Origin: the human T2T-CHM13v2.0 reference genome, Homo sapiens | Length of the DNA stretch: 64,000 bases | NCBI RefSeq assembly: GCF_009914755.1 | Contig: NC_060947.1 | Strand: one strand, 5' to 3' | In this document: positions 22,997 through 36,645 of the stretch, piece after piece | How the letters are laid out: the number at the start of each line of letters is the position of its first letter | How positions within the stretch are numbered: the first letter of the stretch is position 1 | Notes under the pieces: model-generated | Databases searched by the model: none | What the model was told of the DNA's origin: nothing | What the model saw: only the letters and a program-made list of their open reading frames with translations | Translations under genes and position numbers: made by a program

Positions 22997-25565
22997 TTTT
23001 TATCTCTAAATGCATGAATACCTCATGGAATAAGAGGAAGGAAGAAACATAAGGAGAACAAATACATGTTCAGATTTCAACAGTGGGATTTGCCATATAT
23101 GCCTACATGTCATGTATACTCTCTTTCCAACTTGCCAAAACAGACAGGCTCATTTACCCAGTTTATATGCTTAGGGAGCATTAATAAAATCTGCAGATAT
23201 TATTTTCAAGCCCACTTTTTTTCCTGATGTATTCAAACACCTAGAGTTTCCCTGGAGTGAACTAGCCTAAAACAATGACTTAGTGTATTCTTTCATGAAA
23301 CACCTTCTATTTGTCCAGACTACTTGTACTTAACTCAAACTGTAACTCATGTGGGGTTACCCTGTACATCTGGAACCTAATCTGGGCCAAGCTGATGAAA
23401 GAAGACAGTGATTCCCTGCAGTTAGTTTTCATATGTCCAAACTACTATCGAAATCCCTTGATTGGTTTAAGGATGCATCTCATTTAGAACCTGATCTAAT
23501 TTTGTTTGACGGTTGTTATGACATGAGTACACTTTTCCATTTCATTTATTATTTTTTAATTGCACAAGAAACACACTTCAGAGGTGTTTGAGTTCACATG
23601 TGTTACTTGATGTTGTGGACAGAGGCCATAGTGCAGTGGGATAGTCAGTGGAAAGTGGAGAATATTAACAGGGAATGTAGAAAACTCTTTATGGAACTTT
23701 GAATGTAAAGAAAAAGAAACCAAGAAAGAGGAGGAGACAAAGAGAGAAAGAAAGAGAGCAATAAAGAGAGACAGAAGAGATATCTCCATCATGTGGCTGC
23801 AATGGATGCTGGTAAGTCCAACGAATGACATTTGAAAATCTTAAATTACTTGAAACTTGATCAAGTTTAAAATTATTGGGCAGTAGAAAAATTCAAAAGA
23901 AAAAATAATGGGAAGGAGCCATCTCATCTCAATTTAACATTTGAAGTTGCCCATATATTCATATCTTTTCTTACCCTCTCATTTCCACTTTAGAGCTAAT
24001 GAGATGCCTCCACCGGGACAGCATGAAATCTGAGCTCAATAAACATTTAGTTATTACCTAACAAAAGAATAGACAATTATGTGTAAAAAATTCTGCTAAC
24101 TATTGGATTTGTGCCTCTCCAGAAGGCAGCAGGTGGCTGAAATCCTGGTGTGATGTGGCTGGATAATACATGGCCTGAGGACTCCTGCATTGATGACTGC
24201 AGGATGGGTCCAGAATTTTCCTATACATAAATTAAAATACTAAGCAGTCCAGAAGGAGCCATTAGCAGACATCACACTTTGCTTACTTTGCTATCTATCA
24301 CTGAGATCACCAGGTGAGTTCAAAGACATGCCTGTATTCCAGGCAAGGGAAACTGGATTTGGGTCAGCTCAGGGGAATGATGTTGAACAGCTCTTATAAG
24401 CTTCTGATAACACCCAAGAAGTAGAGAAACTACTGTCTACAAAACTTTGAACTCAAGGCATATCAAAGGAACATTTGCTTTCTTCAACTGTTTTCTTATA
24501 AAGGGAAATAATGAGAAATGATTTTTCACAATGCCTGCCTTAACCCTGAGGCCCAGCCAGTCCCTACTGCTGTGTCCCAACATTTAAAGATAATTGAAGT
24601 CCAACTCCATGCCGTATATTCTCAAGAGGTTTTCTCATTTACCCCCCAGGACAGCTCTGTAGAGATGGTATGGTCAATCCCATTTCACAGATGACCAAGC
24701 TCAGCCTCACAGAACCTAAGTCACCTCCCCAGGAAAGTGGCAGGATTGGAATGAGGTTCCATCCCTCACCCTCCCTAGATGGCTCTGGGCAGCCTCCCTT
24801 TTAGAAGATGGGCTTCCAGGCCTTGATAAATGGTCAGATTCCACTCCCTGGCTGTTGTTCCCCACAGGTCCCCACTCCACAACCCCTCTGGGTAATGATG
24901 AAGGCAGAGGAGGTGAAATCTCATGCTTTGTACCAAGAGACATGGGTGTAGGGCCACACGAGTTGGCTGATCCTTGAAGTGGTGAATGGGCTCAGGCAGA
25001 AGCTCAGGTGTTGGCCTTGAGACAAGTGAGCTGGAGAGAGGGAAAGTAACATGCACTGAACTACTGTAAGCAAATGCCCTTTACATCTCATCTCCTTTAA
25101 TCTTAACTGCCGTCCAAGGTACCCATGACTATGACCATTATTCACATCAGGGTGCTGCCTTTAGGAAATTTTATGCAAATAAGAGAGACAACTTGTTCTT
25201 TCCAGATCAGCAGCTAACTTTGGAATACTTAAGGTATTTTTCTATTTTGACTTGATGGCTCCAGGCCTGTTAATGCTTTAATCTTCCTCAAGGGATAGTA
25301 CACACGCCTCAAGACGTTTTTAAATATATTTAATCTTCTATAATCCTAAGTATCAGTCAAATTACCCAATATCACCACCATTATTCATATAAGGTTACTG
25401 ATTTTAGGTGTGACTAAGTAAACCAGTAAAATACCCTTGTTATCTCCCTATCAACAGTTAATTTTGATTATTTTAAAGTTTTTCTCATTTTGTCTTCATG
25501 CTTTTGGGGCTGTGAATGATCTCATCTCCTTGGGGTCTGCCATTACATGATCCCAGAGTATTAAA

Positions 25566-25804
<239 letters not shown>

Positions 25805-26668
25805 TAAACTTTTTTTTTAAATTATGACCCATATAGTTTTTAAGTAACAATATTATTGATGTTGAAAAATTCTAAATGAAAGAAAAAGGTTTATATATCC
25901 CAGAAAATATACTTTTAAAAAATAACCTAGATAAATGGATGCACACAAATTGTGACAAGTATGTGAAAAATTCCAGAATACTGTGCCCGATGCCATTAAT
26001 TAGATCCCACCCTCCCTTCCTCCCTCCCCTCTCCTGCCCCAACTCTACTCCCAGATGTGCAATAATTTCTCTGGCCACCAGGAGGCATCACAGCTATCTT
26101 CATCTTTGTCGTTCTTTTTTAATGAACAGAAGTGTATTCTACAGAGTAATGAATGTTATGAAAATATTTATTATAATAACAATTCTGTTTGGAAAATTCA
26201 CATGCATATTAAAAACAGTCCTATTTGCTGTTCACCCCAAATCTACATCGAATTCATTGATTTATCTCTTCCCTCCTCGGTGTAGATTGAGGTGTCCACA
26301 CTGTAGAGGGGTGCCTTCCAGAGAGCTGGGTGTTCACCCTCCGTTACCCTACCGTTGTACAGGCTTCTCAAACCTCTCACTCCCTCTCACTCATCCCCTC
26401 TCCAGGACATTATGGACGCAGCTGCCCAGGACCCACTTAGGCACGCCCATACTCTCTCAGTCACCTTCTGCCTGCCTTGCACTATTAATGCTAATGATTG
26501 CCAACGTGTGCTAGAGCTGTCTGGTGTTTCATTGTTGATGCCATACATATATACAGACTTATTTTACACCTATCATCAGGTTTTTTTCTGACAGAATTAG
26601 AATTACTCTGTAATCTAGATTCATAAGCTAAGTTTTAAGGGAGGTATTTTATTTTTTGCTCCTTGCAG

Positions 26669-26759
26669 ACCCTTCTTGATAGAGTTCGATAATGGTGGTA
26701 CCGTGGTGCCCTCTCGTGACAGAAGGCTGAACTACAGCTAGAACATCGCGAGCAGGAAG
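26669..26759 (+). ncRNA. Putative non-coding exon D, copy 4
   Basis: Acceptor ttttttgctccttgcag|A, donor AAG|gtggga, CpGs retained. Homolog at 40351-40429. Confidence 0.4.
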
Positions 26760-28513
26760 GTGGGAGGGAGAGGCTGTGGCCCAAGCCCACCTTACAGAGC
26801 TTTCTGGAACTCTGGGTGGCAAAGCGGACATTCTCAGTATTCCCAGGGACATTGATGGGCTCAAGACAGAAATCGTTATCTCTTACTGTGCTGAAAAGAG
26901 AGTTCTATATCAGAAGAAAAAGGTCATTTTAATTTTTATTCTTTGACCACTGGAAAATCAGAGACCTAAATGAGGGAAAAATGGATCCAGACTACTTGTT
27001 CAAGTCTTTGTACCCCTCTTTAAATCTTTATTAGCATTTTTTCATGGAAATAAATTTCTATAACATTCGAAATTACGTTACAATATACGTTCAATATTTT
27101 TATATTAACTGGTGTTTCATCGTAGGATGCTGTAAACTTTATTTCCCCAGTATCCTAGTGGTAAAAAGTAAGCTCCCTTACCATAGTTTCTATAACAGAT
27201 GATATTTGTAACACTTGCTCATATACACAAATGTCTTGGCAAGAATTTCTTAATAAGATTTTGAAAGCATCCTTTTAAAATCTCAGATACTCTAAAATTT
27301 TATATTAATATAATGAAATCAGAATAATATTTATCAGATATACTCCTAATATCCCAGTATGAGAGTTGCTATTTCTTTTATTTTTATATTCAAGTATAAT
27401 TCATTTCTTTATTCACTTAATACTTTTTAAACTTTTACTTTAGGCTAGGGGCTCAGGGGTATATTTGCTGGTTTGTTATATAGGTAAATTGCTTGTCACA
27501 GGGGTTGGGTGTACAGATTATCTCATCATCCAGGTAACAAGCATAGTACATGATAGGTAGTTTTTCAGTCCTCTCCCACCCTCTATTCTCAAGTACACGT
27601 GTCCACGTGTACTCATGTTTATCTCCCACTTACAGGTGAGAACATGTTGTATTTGGTTTTCTGTTCCTGTATTAGTTCACTTAAGATAGTGGCCTCCAGC
27701 TCCATCTATGCTGCTGCAAAGAACATGCTCTCATTCTTTTTATGGTTGTGTAGTATTCCGTGGTGTGTATGTACTACGTTTTGTTTATCCAGTCTACCAT
27801 TGATGAGCATTTAGGATGATTCCATGCGTTTGCTATTGTGAATAGTGCTGTGGAATGTGTGCATGTCACTTTATAGTAGAATAATTTATATTCCTTTGAG
27901 TATATACCCAATAATGGGATGGCTGGGTTGAATGGAAATTCCATTTTAAGTCCTTTGAGAAATCACCACACTGCTTTCCACGATGTCTGAAGTAATTTAC
28001 ATTCCCACCAGAAGTGTATAAGCATTTCCTTTCCTCCACAACCTCGCTAGCATCTGTAATTTTTGACTTTTTAATATTAGCCCTTCTGACTGGTGTGACA
28101 TGGTATCTCATTGTAGTTTTGCATTTATCTAATGATTAGTGATGTTGAGCACTTTTTCATATGCTTGTTGGCCACGCATATGTTTTCTTTTGAAAAGTAT
28201 CTGTTCATGTTCTTTGCCCACTTTTTAATAGGGCTGTTTTTTGCTTATACGTTTGTTGAAGTTCCTTATAGATTCTGGATATTAGATCATTGTTGGATGC
28301 ATAGTTTGCAAGTATTTTCTCCCATTCTGTAGGCTGTATGTTTACTCTGTTGATAGTTTCTTTTGCTGTGCAGAAGCTATTAATTTAGTTAGGTTCCATT
28401 AGTTAATTTTTGGTATTGTTGCAATTGCTTTTGGTTTCTTCATCATAAAATATTTGCCAGGGCCAATGTCTAGCATACTATTTCCCAGGCTTTTTTCAAG
28501 ACTTTTTTTTTCC

Positions 28514-28816
28514 TTTTTTTTTTTTTTTTTTTTTTTGAGACGGAGTCACGCTCTGTCGCCCAGGCTGGAGTACAGTGGCATGATCTCGGCTCATTGCAAC
28601 CTCCGCCTCCCGGGTTCACGCCATTCTCCTGCCTCAGCCTCCTGAGTAGCTAGGACTACAGGCGCCCGCCACCACAGCCGGCTAATTTTTTATATTTTTA
28701 GTAGAGATGGGGTTTCACCATGTTAGCCAAGATGGTCTCGATCTCCTGACCTCTTGATCCGCCCGCCTCGGCCTCCCAAAGTGTTGGGATTACAAGCGTG
28801 AGCCACCGCACCTGGC
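28514..28816 (-). mobile_element. AluY-like
   Basis: Diagnostic GGGTTCACGCCATTCTCC; TSD TTTCAAGACTTTTT. Confidence 0.95.
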
Positions 28817-30966
28817 TTTCAAGACTTTTTATAGTTTTAGGTTTTACATTTAAGTCTTTAATCCATCTTGAGCTTAGTATATGATGTAAGGAAGGGGTCT
28901 AGTTTCAATCTTCTGCATATGGCTAGCCAGTTATACCAGCACCATTTATTGAATAGGGGGTTATTTTCCCATTGCTTATTTCTGATGACTTTGTTAAGGA
29001 TCAGATGGTGGTAGGTGTGTGGCTTTATTTCTGGGCTCTTTGTTATGTTATATTGGTCTCTGTGTCTGATTTTGTACCAGTACGATGCTGTTTTGGTTAC
29101 TGTAGCCGCTCAAAGTCAGGTATGCTATGTAGCATAGTTTGAAGCCAGGTAACATGATGTCTCTGGCTTTGTTACTTTTCCTCAGAATTGCCTTGGCTAT
29201 TTGGGCTCTATTTTGGTTACATATGAATTTTAAAACAGTTTTTTCTAATGCTGTGAAGAATGTCATTGATTGATTGGAATAGCATTGAATCTATAAATTG
29301 CTTTGGTAGTATGGCCATTTTAACAATAGCAATTCTTCCTATCCATGAGCATGGAATGTTTTTCCATTTGTTTGGGTCATCTCTAAATTATTTGAGCAGT
29401 GTTTTGTAATTCTCTTTGTAGAGATCTTTCACCTCCCTGGTTAACTGTATTCCTAGGTTTTTGTTTCTGTTTTTGTAATTGTAAATGGGATTGCATACTT
29501 GACTTGGCTCTCAGAGTTGGACATTGTTGGTGTATAGAAATGCTAATGATTTTGTACACTGATTTTGTTTGCTAAAGTTGAAGTTCGAGGAGCTTTAGGG
29601 CAGATTATGGGGTTTTCTAGGTACAGAGTAATATCATCTGCAAACAGATAGTTTGACTTCCCCTCTTCCTGTTTAGATGCCTTTTATTTCTTTCTCTTGC
29701 CTGATTGCTCTGGCTAGGACTTACAGAATTATGTTGAATAGGAGTGGCAAGAGTGGGCATCCAGTCCTCAAGGGTAATGCTTCCAGCTTGTGGCTGTTCA
29801 ATATGATATTGGCTGTGGGGTTGTCATATATGCCTCTTATTTTGAGGTATGTTCCTTCAACGACTAGTTCATTGAGGGTTTTATCATGAAGGGATGTTGA
29901 ATTTTATTGAAAGCCTTTCTGCATACATAGAGATGATCATGTCTTGTTTTTAGTTCTGTTTATGTTATGTTTTAGTTCTGTTATGAACATATGAAACATA
30001 TGTTCAACCAACCTTGTATCCTAGAGATAAAGCCTACTTGATCATGATGGATTAGCTTTTTGATGTTCTGCTGGATTCAGTTTGCTAGTATTTTGTTGAG
30101 GATTTTTGCATCTATGTTCATCAAAGAAATTGGCCTGAAGTTATTGTTGTTGTTGTTGTCTCTGCTAGGTTTTGGATCAGGATGATGCTGGTCTCATAGA
30201 ATGAGTTAGGGAAAAGTATCTCCTCCTCAATTTTGGGGAATAGTTTCAGTAGGAATGGTCTCAGTTCTTCTTTATACATCTGGTAGAATTCGGCAGTGAA
30301 TCAATCTGGTCTTGGGCTTTTTCTTGTTTGTATGCTTTTTATTGCTCATTCAATTTCAGAGCTCATTATTTGCCTGTTCAGGGATTCAATTTCTTCCTGG
30401 TTCAATCTTGGGGAGTTGTATGTTTCCAGGAATTTATTCATTTATTCGAGGTTTTCTAGTTTTTATGCATATAGGTGTTCAAAGTAGTCTGTAAGGGTTG
30501 TTTTTTTTTTTGTATTTCTGTGGAGTCAGTAGTAATGTCCCTTTTGTCATTTCTGATTGTGTTTATTTTTATCTTATCTCTTTATTAATGTAGCTAGCAG
30601 TCTATCAATCTTATTTATTGTTTTGAAGAACCAACCTGGACTAATTGACCTTTTGTATGTTTTTGTGCAAATAAGTTTTAGTCAGTTCAGCTCTGATTTG
30701 GTTATTTTGTGTCTTCTGCTAGCTCTGGGGTTGGTTTGCTTTCGTTCCTCTAGTTACTCTAGGTGTAATGTTTGGTTGTTCATTTGAGGTCATTCTAACT
30801 TTTTGTTGTGGACATTTAGCACTTCACCATTAAAACTGGTTTAGCTGTGTCCCAAAGATTCCATTATCTGATATGTTTTATCTTTGTTCTCATTAGTTTC
30901 AAATAACTTCTTGATTTCTGCCTTAATTTCATTGTTTACCCAAGAGTTATTAAAGAACACTTTGTG

Positions 30967-31207
<241 letters not shown>

Positions 31208-31354
31208 AAAACCACTTTGTATAATTTCCATGTAATTTTATAGTTTTGAGCAATTTTCTGAATACTGTTTTCTATTTTTATTCTACTGTAATGTAGTCTG
31301 AGAGGTCTGAGAGTGTGTTTGGTATGATTTTGGTTTGTTTGAATTTGATAAGGC

Positions 31355-31387
31355 TTTTTGTTTTTGTTTTTTGTTTTTTTCTGTTTT

Positions 31388-31430
<43 letters not shown>

Positions 31431-31708
31431 TTGAGATGGAGTCTCACTCTGTCACCTAGGCTGGAGTGTAATGGTGCTGTCTCAGCTCACTGCAACCTCC
31501 ACCTCCCGGGCTGAAGTGATTCTCCTGCCTCAGCCTCGTGAGTAGCTGGGATTACAGGCGTCTGCCATCATGCCCAGCTAATTTTTGTATTTTTAGTAGA
31601 GACGGGGTTTCACCATGTTGGTCAGGCTGGTCTTGAACTCCTTAGGGAATCCACCTGCCTTGGCATCTCAAAGTGCTGGGATTACAGGCATGAGCCACCA
31701 CGCCCAGC
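31355..31708 (-). mobile_element. AluS with (TTTTG)n tail
   Basis: Antisense Alu; TSD TGATAAGG. Confidence 0.95.
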
Positions 31709-33107
31709 TGATAAGGATTCTTTTACAGCCGATTATGTTGTTAATTTTGGAGTACGTGCCATGTGCATATGAGAAGAATGTATATACTTGTTTTTGGGTG
31801 GAGAGTTCTGTAGATGTCTGTTAGGTCCATCTGGTCAGCTGTTGAGTTCAGGTGCTGAATATCTGTTAGTTTTCTGCCTCGATGGTCTAATACTATCAAT
31901 GAGATGTTGAAGTCTCCAACTTTTATTGTGTGGTTATCTAAATCTCTTCATAGGTCTCTAAGAACTTGCTTTATTAATCTGGGTACTCCTATGTTGGTGC
32001 ATATATATTTAGGCTAATTGGGTTTTCTTGTTGAACCCTTTACCATTGTGTAATGCCCTTCTTTGTCTTTTATGATCATTGTTGCTTTAAAGTCTGTTTT
32101 GTCTGAAATTAGAAAAAGAACCCCTGCTTTTTTCTGTTTTCCATTTGCTTGGTAGATTTTTCTCCATCCCTTTATTTTGAGCCTTTGGGTGTCATTGGAT
32201 GTGAAATGGGGTCTCTTGAAGACAGCATACAGTTGGGTCTAGCTGCTTTATCCAATTTGGCATTCTATGCCTTTTGATTGGGGCATTTAACCTGGTTATA
32301 TTTAAGGGTAATATTAATATGTGCAAGTTTGATCCTGTCATTATGTTGTTAGCTGGTTATTATTGCAGACTTGATTTTGTGGTAGCTTTATAGTGTCAAT
32401 GGTCTGTGTACTTAAGTCTGTTTTTGTGGTGGCTGGTAACGGTCTTTCCTTTCCATATTTAGCACTTCCTTAAGGACCTTTTGTAAGGTAGGTCGGGTGC
32501 TAATGAATTGCCTTAGCATTTGTTTGACTGAAAAGGATTTATTTCTCTGCTTACGAAGCTTACTTTGATGGAATATGAAATTCCTGGTTGGAATTTCTTA
32601 AAAATGTTGAATATAGGCCCCTAATCTCTTCTGGTTTGTAGGGTTTCTGCTGAGACTTCACTGTTAGCCTGATGGGTTTCCATTTGTAGGTGACCTGCCC
32701 CTTCTCTATAGCTACCTTTAATATTTTTTCATTTTGACCTTGAAGAATCTATGTGCCTTGGAGATAATTGTCTTGTATAGTATGTTGCAGGGTTCTTTGC
32801 ATTTCCTGAATTTGAATGTTGGGCTCTCTAGTGAGCTTGGAGAAATTTTTGTGGCTGATATTGTCAAATATGTTTTCCAAGTTGCTTTCTTTCTCTCCCT
32901 CTCTTTCAGGGATGCCAATGAGTCATGGGTTTTGTCTGTTTATATAATCCCATATTTCTTAGAGGTTTTGTTCATTCTTCGTTATTGTTTTTTGTTTTTG
33001 TCTTAGTTATTTTCGAGAACTGGTCTTTGAGCTCTGAGATATTTTCCTCAGCTTAGTGGGTTCTGCTGTTAATACTTGTGATTTTTTTAATGAAATTCTT
33101 GAAGTGA

Positions 33108-33659
<552 letters not shown>

Positions 33660-35972
33660 TAAGTAGACCCTCTGGCTTTTGAGTTGCCAGAGTTCTTGCA
33701 CTGATTGTTTCTCATGTGTGTGGGTTTGTGTACCCTTAACTGTGGTGTAATTTGAGTGTAGTCAGTTACCTTCATTTCTCGATGTTTTCAGAGGGCTAAT
33801 GCTTTGTGCAGGGTATTTATTTGTAGCTGAATTATTGTCCTTGGTTTCACAGAGGATATATTAAAGTATTTTTTTGTGTTGAAGTTTGGGCTGTGATCCA
33901 GTAGATGGTGCTTAAGCATGCTGGCTGATAGGTAGACTGTTGTTCAGTCACATGACTACTCTGTATTTGCCCGCATTTGCAGCTGTGCTCTCTCTCTCTC
34001 AGTGCTCTGAGAGTGTAGGCTCCTTTCCCACTCAAGTGCTGGCTGCAGATCTGGGTTTGGCACTCCTGGACGTCATACTACAGCCCCGGGGTAAGCTCAG
34101 CCTTTATGTTCCCTCCACAGCATGGGGGCAAACACGAACCTTGACAGTGGCAATGGCAGAGGGCCTTTAATTTGTCTCTTGGGGCTCTATCCCAGAGACA
34201 TGCAGAACTGCTGTCAATCAGAGTGATTGGCCTTGTGTGGGGTGGTTGCATTGTGGGCTCAAGCCTGGGGGCCCATGGGGAACACAGACTGGCCTCTTCT
34301 TACAGCAACTGCAGCATGCTGGAGGTGTGAGTAAGGCACTCAGGGGTCTCTGTTTCTTCCACAGTCCAAGGACATCGAGCACAGTACCTTTGCAGTGGCA
34401 GTGTCAGAGGGACTTTCAGTTGTCTCTGGGAGCCCCACCTCACAGAAATGCAGAGCGTCTGCTAATGCAAGTGTTCAGCCAGAGGGTGAGGTGGCTGTGC
34501 CATGGGCCTGAGCTGGGAGCCCTTCTTGGTGAAGAGTAAAGGGTCAGGGACTCACACGAAAGGGAGACTGAGTTCCTCTCCATATGGTGACTATGGCATG
34601 CTAGAGACATGAGTAATGCCCTCAGGCTCTTTGTTCCTTCCCCAGTCCAAAGACAACAAGGTCAAAACCACTGCAGTGGCAGTGGTAAAGGGGCTGTCTG
34701 TTGCCACTGGGAACTCCACCCCAGGGAAACACAGAACCACTGCCAGTGGGAATGCTTAGTTGGGGGTGGCGTAGCTGCCCTGTAGTCCCAAGCCAGGGGC
34801 CTTGCCTGTTGAAGAGTAGGGAGCGAGGCCTCACAGGGAAGACAGACTGGGCTCCTCCCCATATGGTGGCTGTGGTGTGCTGGTGGTGCCAGCAATGCGA
34901 CCTGGACCTTTGTTCCTTCCCCAGCCCAAAGGCAGTAAGGGCAGTACCACTGCAGCTGCAATGAGAGGGGCTGTGGGTTGTCTCTGTGATTTCCTCCCTA
35001 GAGAATGACAGAGCTGCCACTGACTTAAATGTTTGGGCGGGGACAAGGTGGTTGTTCTGGGGGCCTGGGTAGAGAGACCCTGCCCACTGAGGAGTAACAG
35101 GGCCAGGGCCCATGTGGAAGAGAGTCTGCCTTCTTATCTAAAAAGCAGCTGCACTGTGCTGGAGGATTGCATTAGTCCTAAGTCTTTTGGCTCCCTCCTG
35201 AGCCTGAGGGAAACAGGAGCAGGAGCTGCAGAGCAGCAAAAATGGCAGACCTGCCTGCTACAATTGAGAGCTCTGTCCCAGGGAAGTACAGATCCCCCAG
35301 GGGGATCTGCTACTGGCCCAAGAGCCCAGACATGGGTGGGGTGGCTGGAGTCCCAAGTCTGGAGGCCCTGCCCAGTAAGAAGTAGTGGGGACAGAGATCT
35401 ATGTGGAAAAAAGTCTGGCCACTTTTCTGTAAGGCAGCTGTGCTGTGCTGGGGGCCTGCATTAGTCCTTAATCACCCTGCCAAGACTGGGGGACCCGTCT
35501 GCTACCACTGAGAGCTCCATTCCAGGGAAATACAGGGCTGCTATTGGCTCTAGAGCTCAAGTGAGGCTGGAGTGGCCATGCTAGGGACCCAGCCAAGTGG
35601 GCATTATCCAGCAAGGTGCAATGGAGGTGAGGCCTGCAGTCCATCTGCTCCTCAGCCCCGTGGATTTAGCCCCTATACTGGAGGCATTCCAGGGAGCCTG
35701 GCCTCTCTTGTTGCCAGAGCTACAGCCACTGGTGCTGGGGTGCCCAGCAGTCCAAGGGCCCTGGAGCTCCATGTGTGCCTGAGCAGTGGCTCTGCCTAGA
35801 CTCCATGTAGCTCTCCATGTCAGTCTGCAGGCTCTGCTCAGGGAGTCAAGGGGATCTTCTGAGCACAGGGTTGTGAAGATCTGTAGCAGAAGCTTTAGTG
35901 AAATTTCAGACATTAACAACAAAGTTTCCCTGATTTATTTAACTTCTCCTAACTTTCTATAACCTGATATAA

Positions 35973-36057
35973 AATGGACATTTAATTATAAATTACTTGA
36001 GTAAAGGTTAAGATTAATGAAAATACTACTCAAGTAACTTATAATTAAATGCCCATT
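35973..36057. repeat. 31-bp inverted repeat with 23-nt spacer
   Basis: AATGGACATTTAATTATAAATTACTTGAGTA / TACTCAAGTAACTTATAATTAAATGCCCATT, 29 of 31 complementary. Confidence 0.9.
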
Positions 36058-36582
36058 ATCATCATCAGCATCATCATCTAAAGGGGTTATTGAGTAGGCA
36101 TCCATGGGGTGGTGTGAAATGACCAGCCCCTAAGCCTTGGTGGCCCATTATCTACAGAAGATATCACTGGGCACATTAAATGTTTCCCAATCTTCTTTCG
36201 TTATCCAAAGGAGCCTTATTAGACATGTTTTTCCTCCTTATTAGTCCCTTCTTGCCTGAAATGTGAAATTTTAATACCACAGATATAGTGTTAACTGTTT
36301 ATGTATTTTGGTCCTATGTAGTGCCACAAACCATTTTAATGTCTACTATCTCCCTACCCTTAAAAACCAATTCTCAGCCCCTTGGGGGCAATATATCCTC
36401 TGTTGAAAATGCATGGAACATTTTAAAGAGGACAAAAGCTGGAACCTCATTCCTGCCTTTTACTTGATGTGTGACACTGGAAAACTTCCTTAACCTCTGT
36501 CAGCTTGCCCATGGTCATCCGGAAAAGGGAACCACTGAGAGCTCATGATGTGTTACTTACAGAACTGTCCTGTGGGGTAAAT

Positions 36583-36645
36583 GAGAAATCCTATACAGAG
36601 AAGATGGCACCTAGAGAAATCCTATACAGAGAAGATGGCACCTAG
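36583..36645. repeat. Perfect 31-bp tandem duplication
   Basis: GAGAAATCCTATACAGAGAAGATGGCACCTA twice. Confidence 0.95.

Noticed and set aside
25876-26514. 212-aa ORF in repeat copy 4
   Set aside because: No recognisable domain, and the frame is broken in the paralogous blocks at 9.7-10.2 kb and 39.7-40.2 kb.
34080-35000. Three to four degenerate internal repeats (TTTGTTCCTTCCCCAG..CCACTGCAGTGGCAGTG)
   Set aside because: They fall within the 5'UTR of the old L1, where tandem monomer-like repeats are known; not a separate system.
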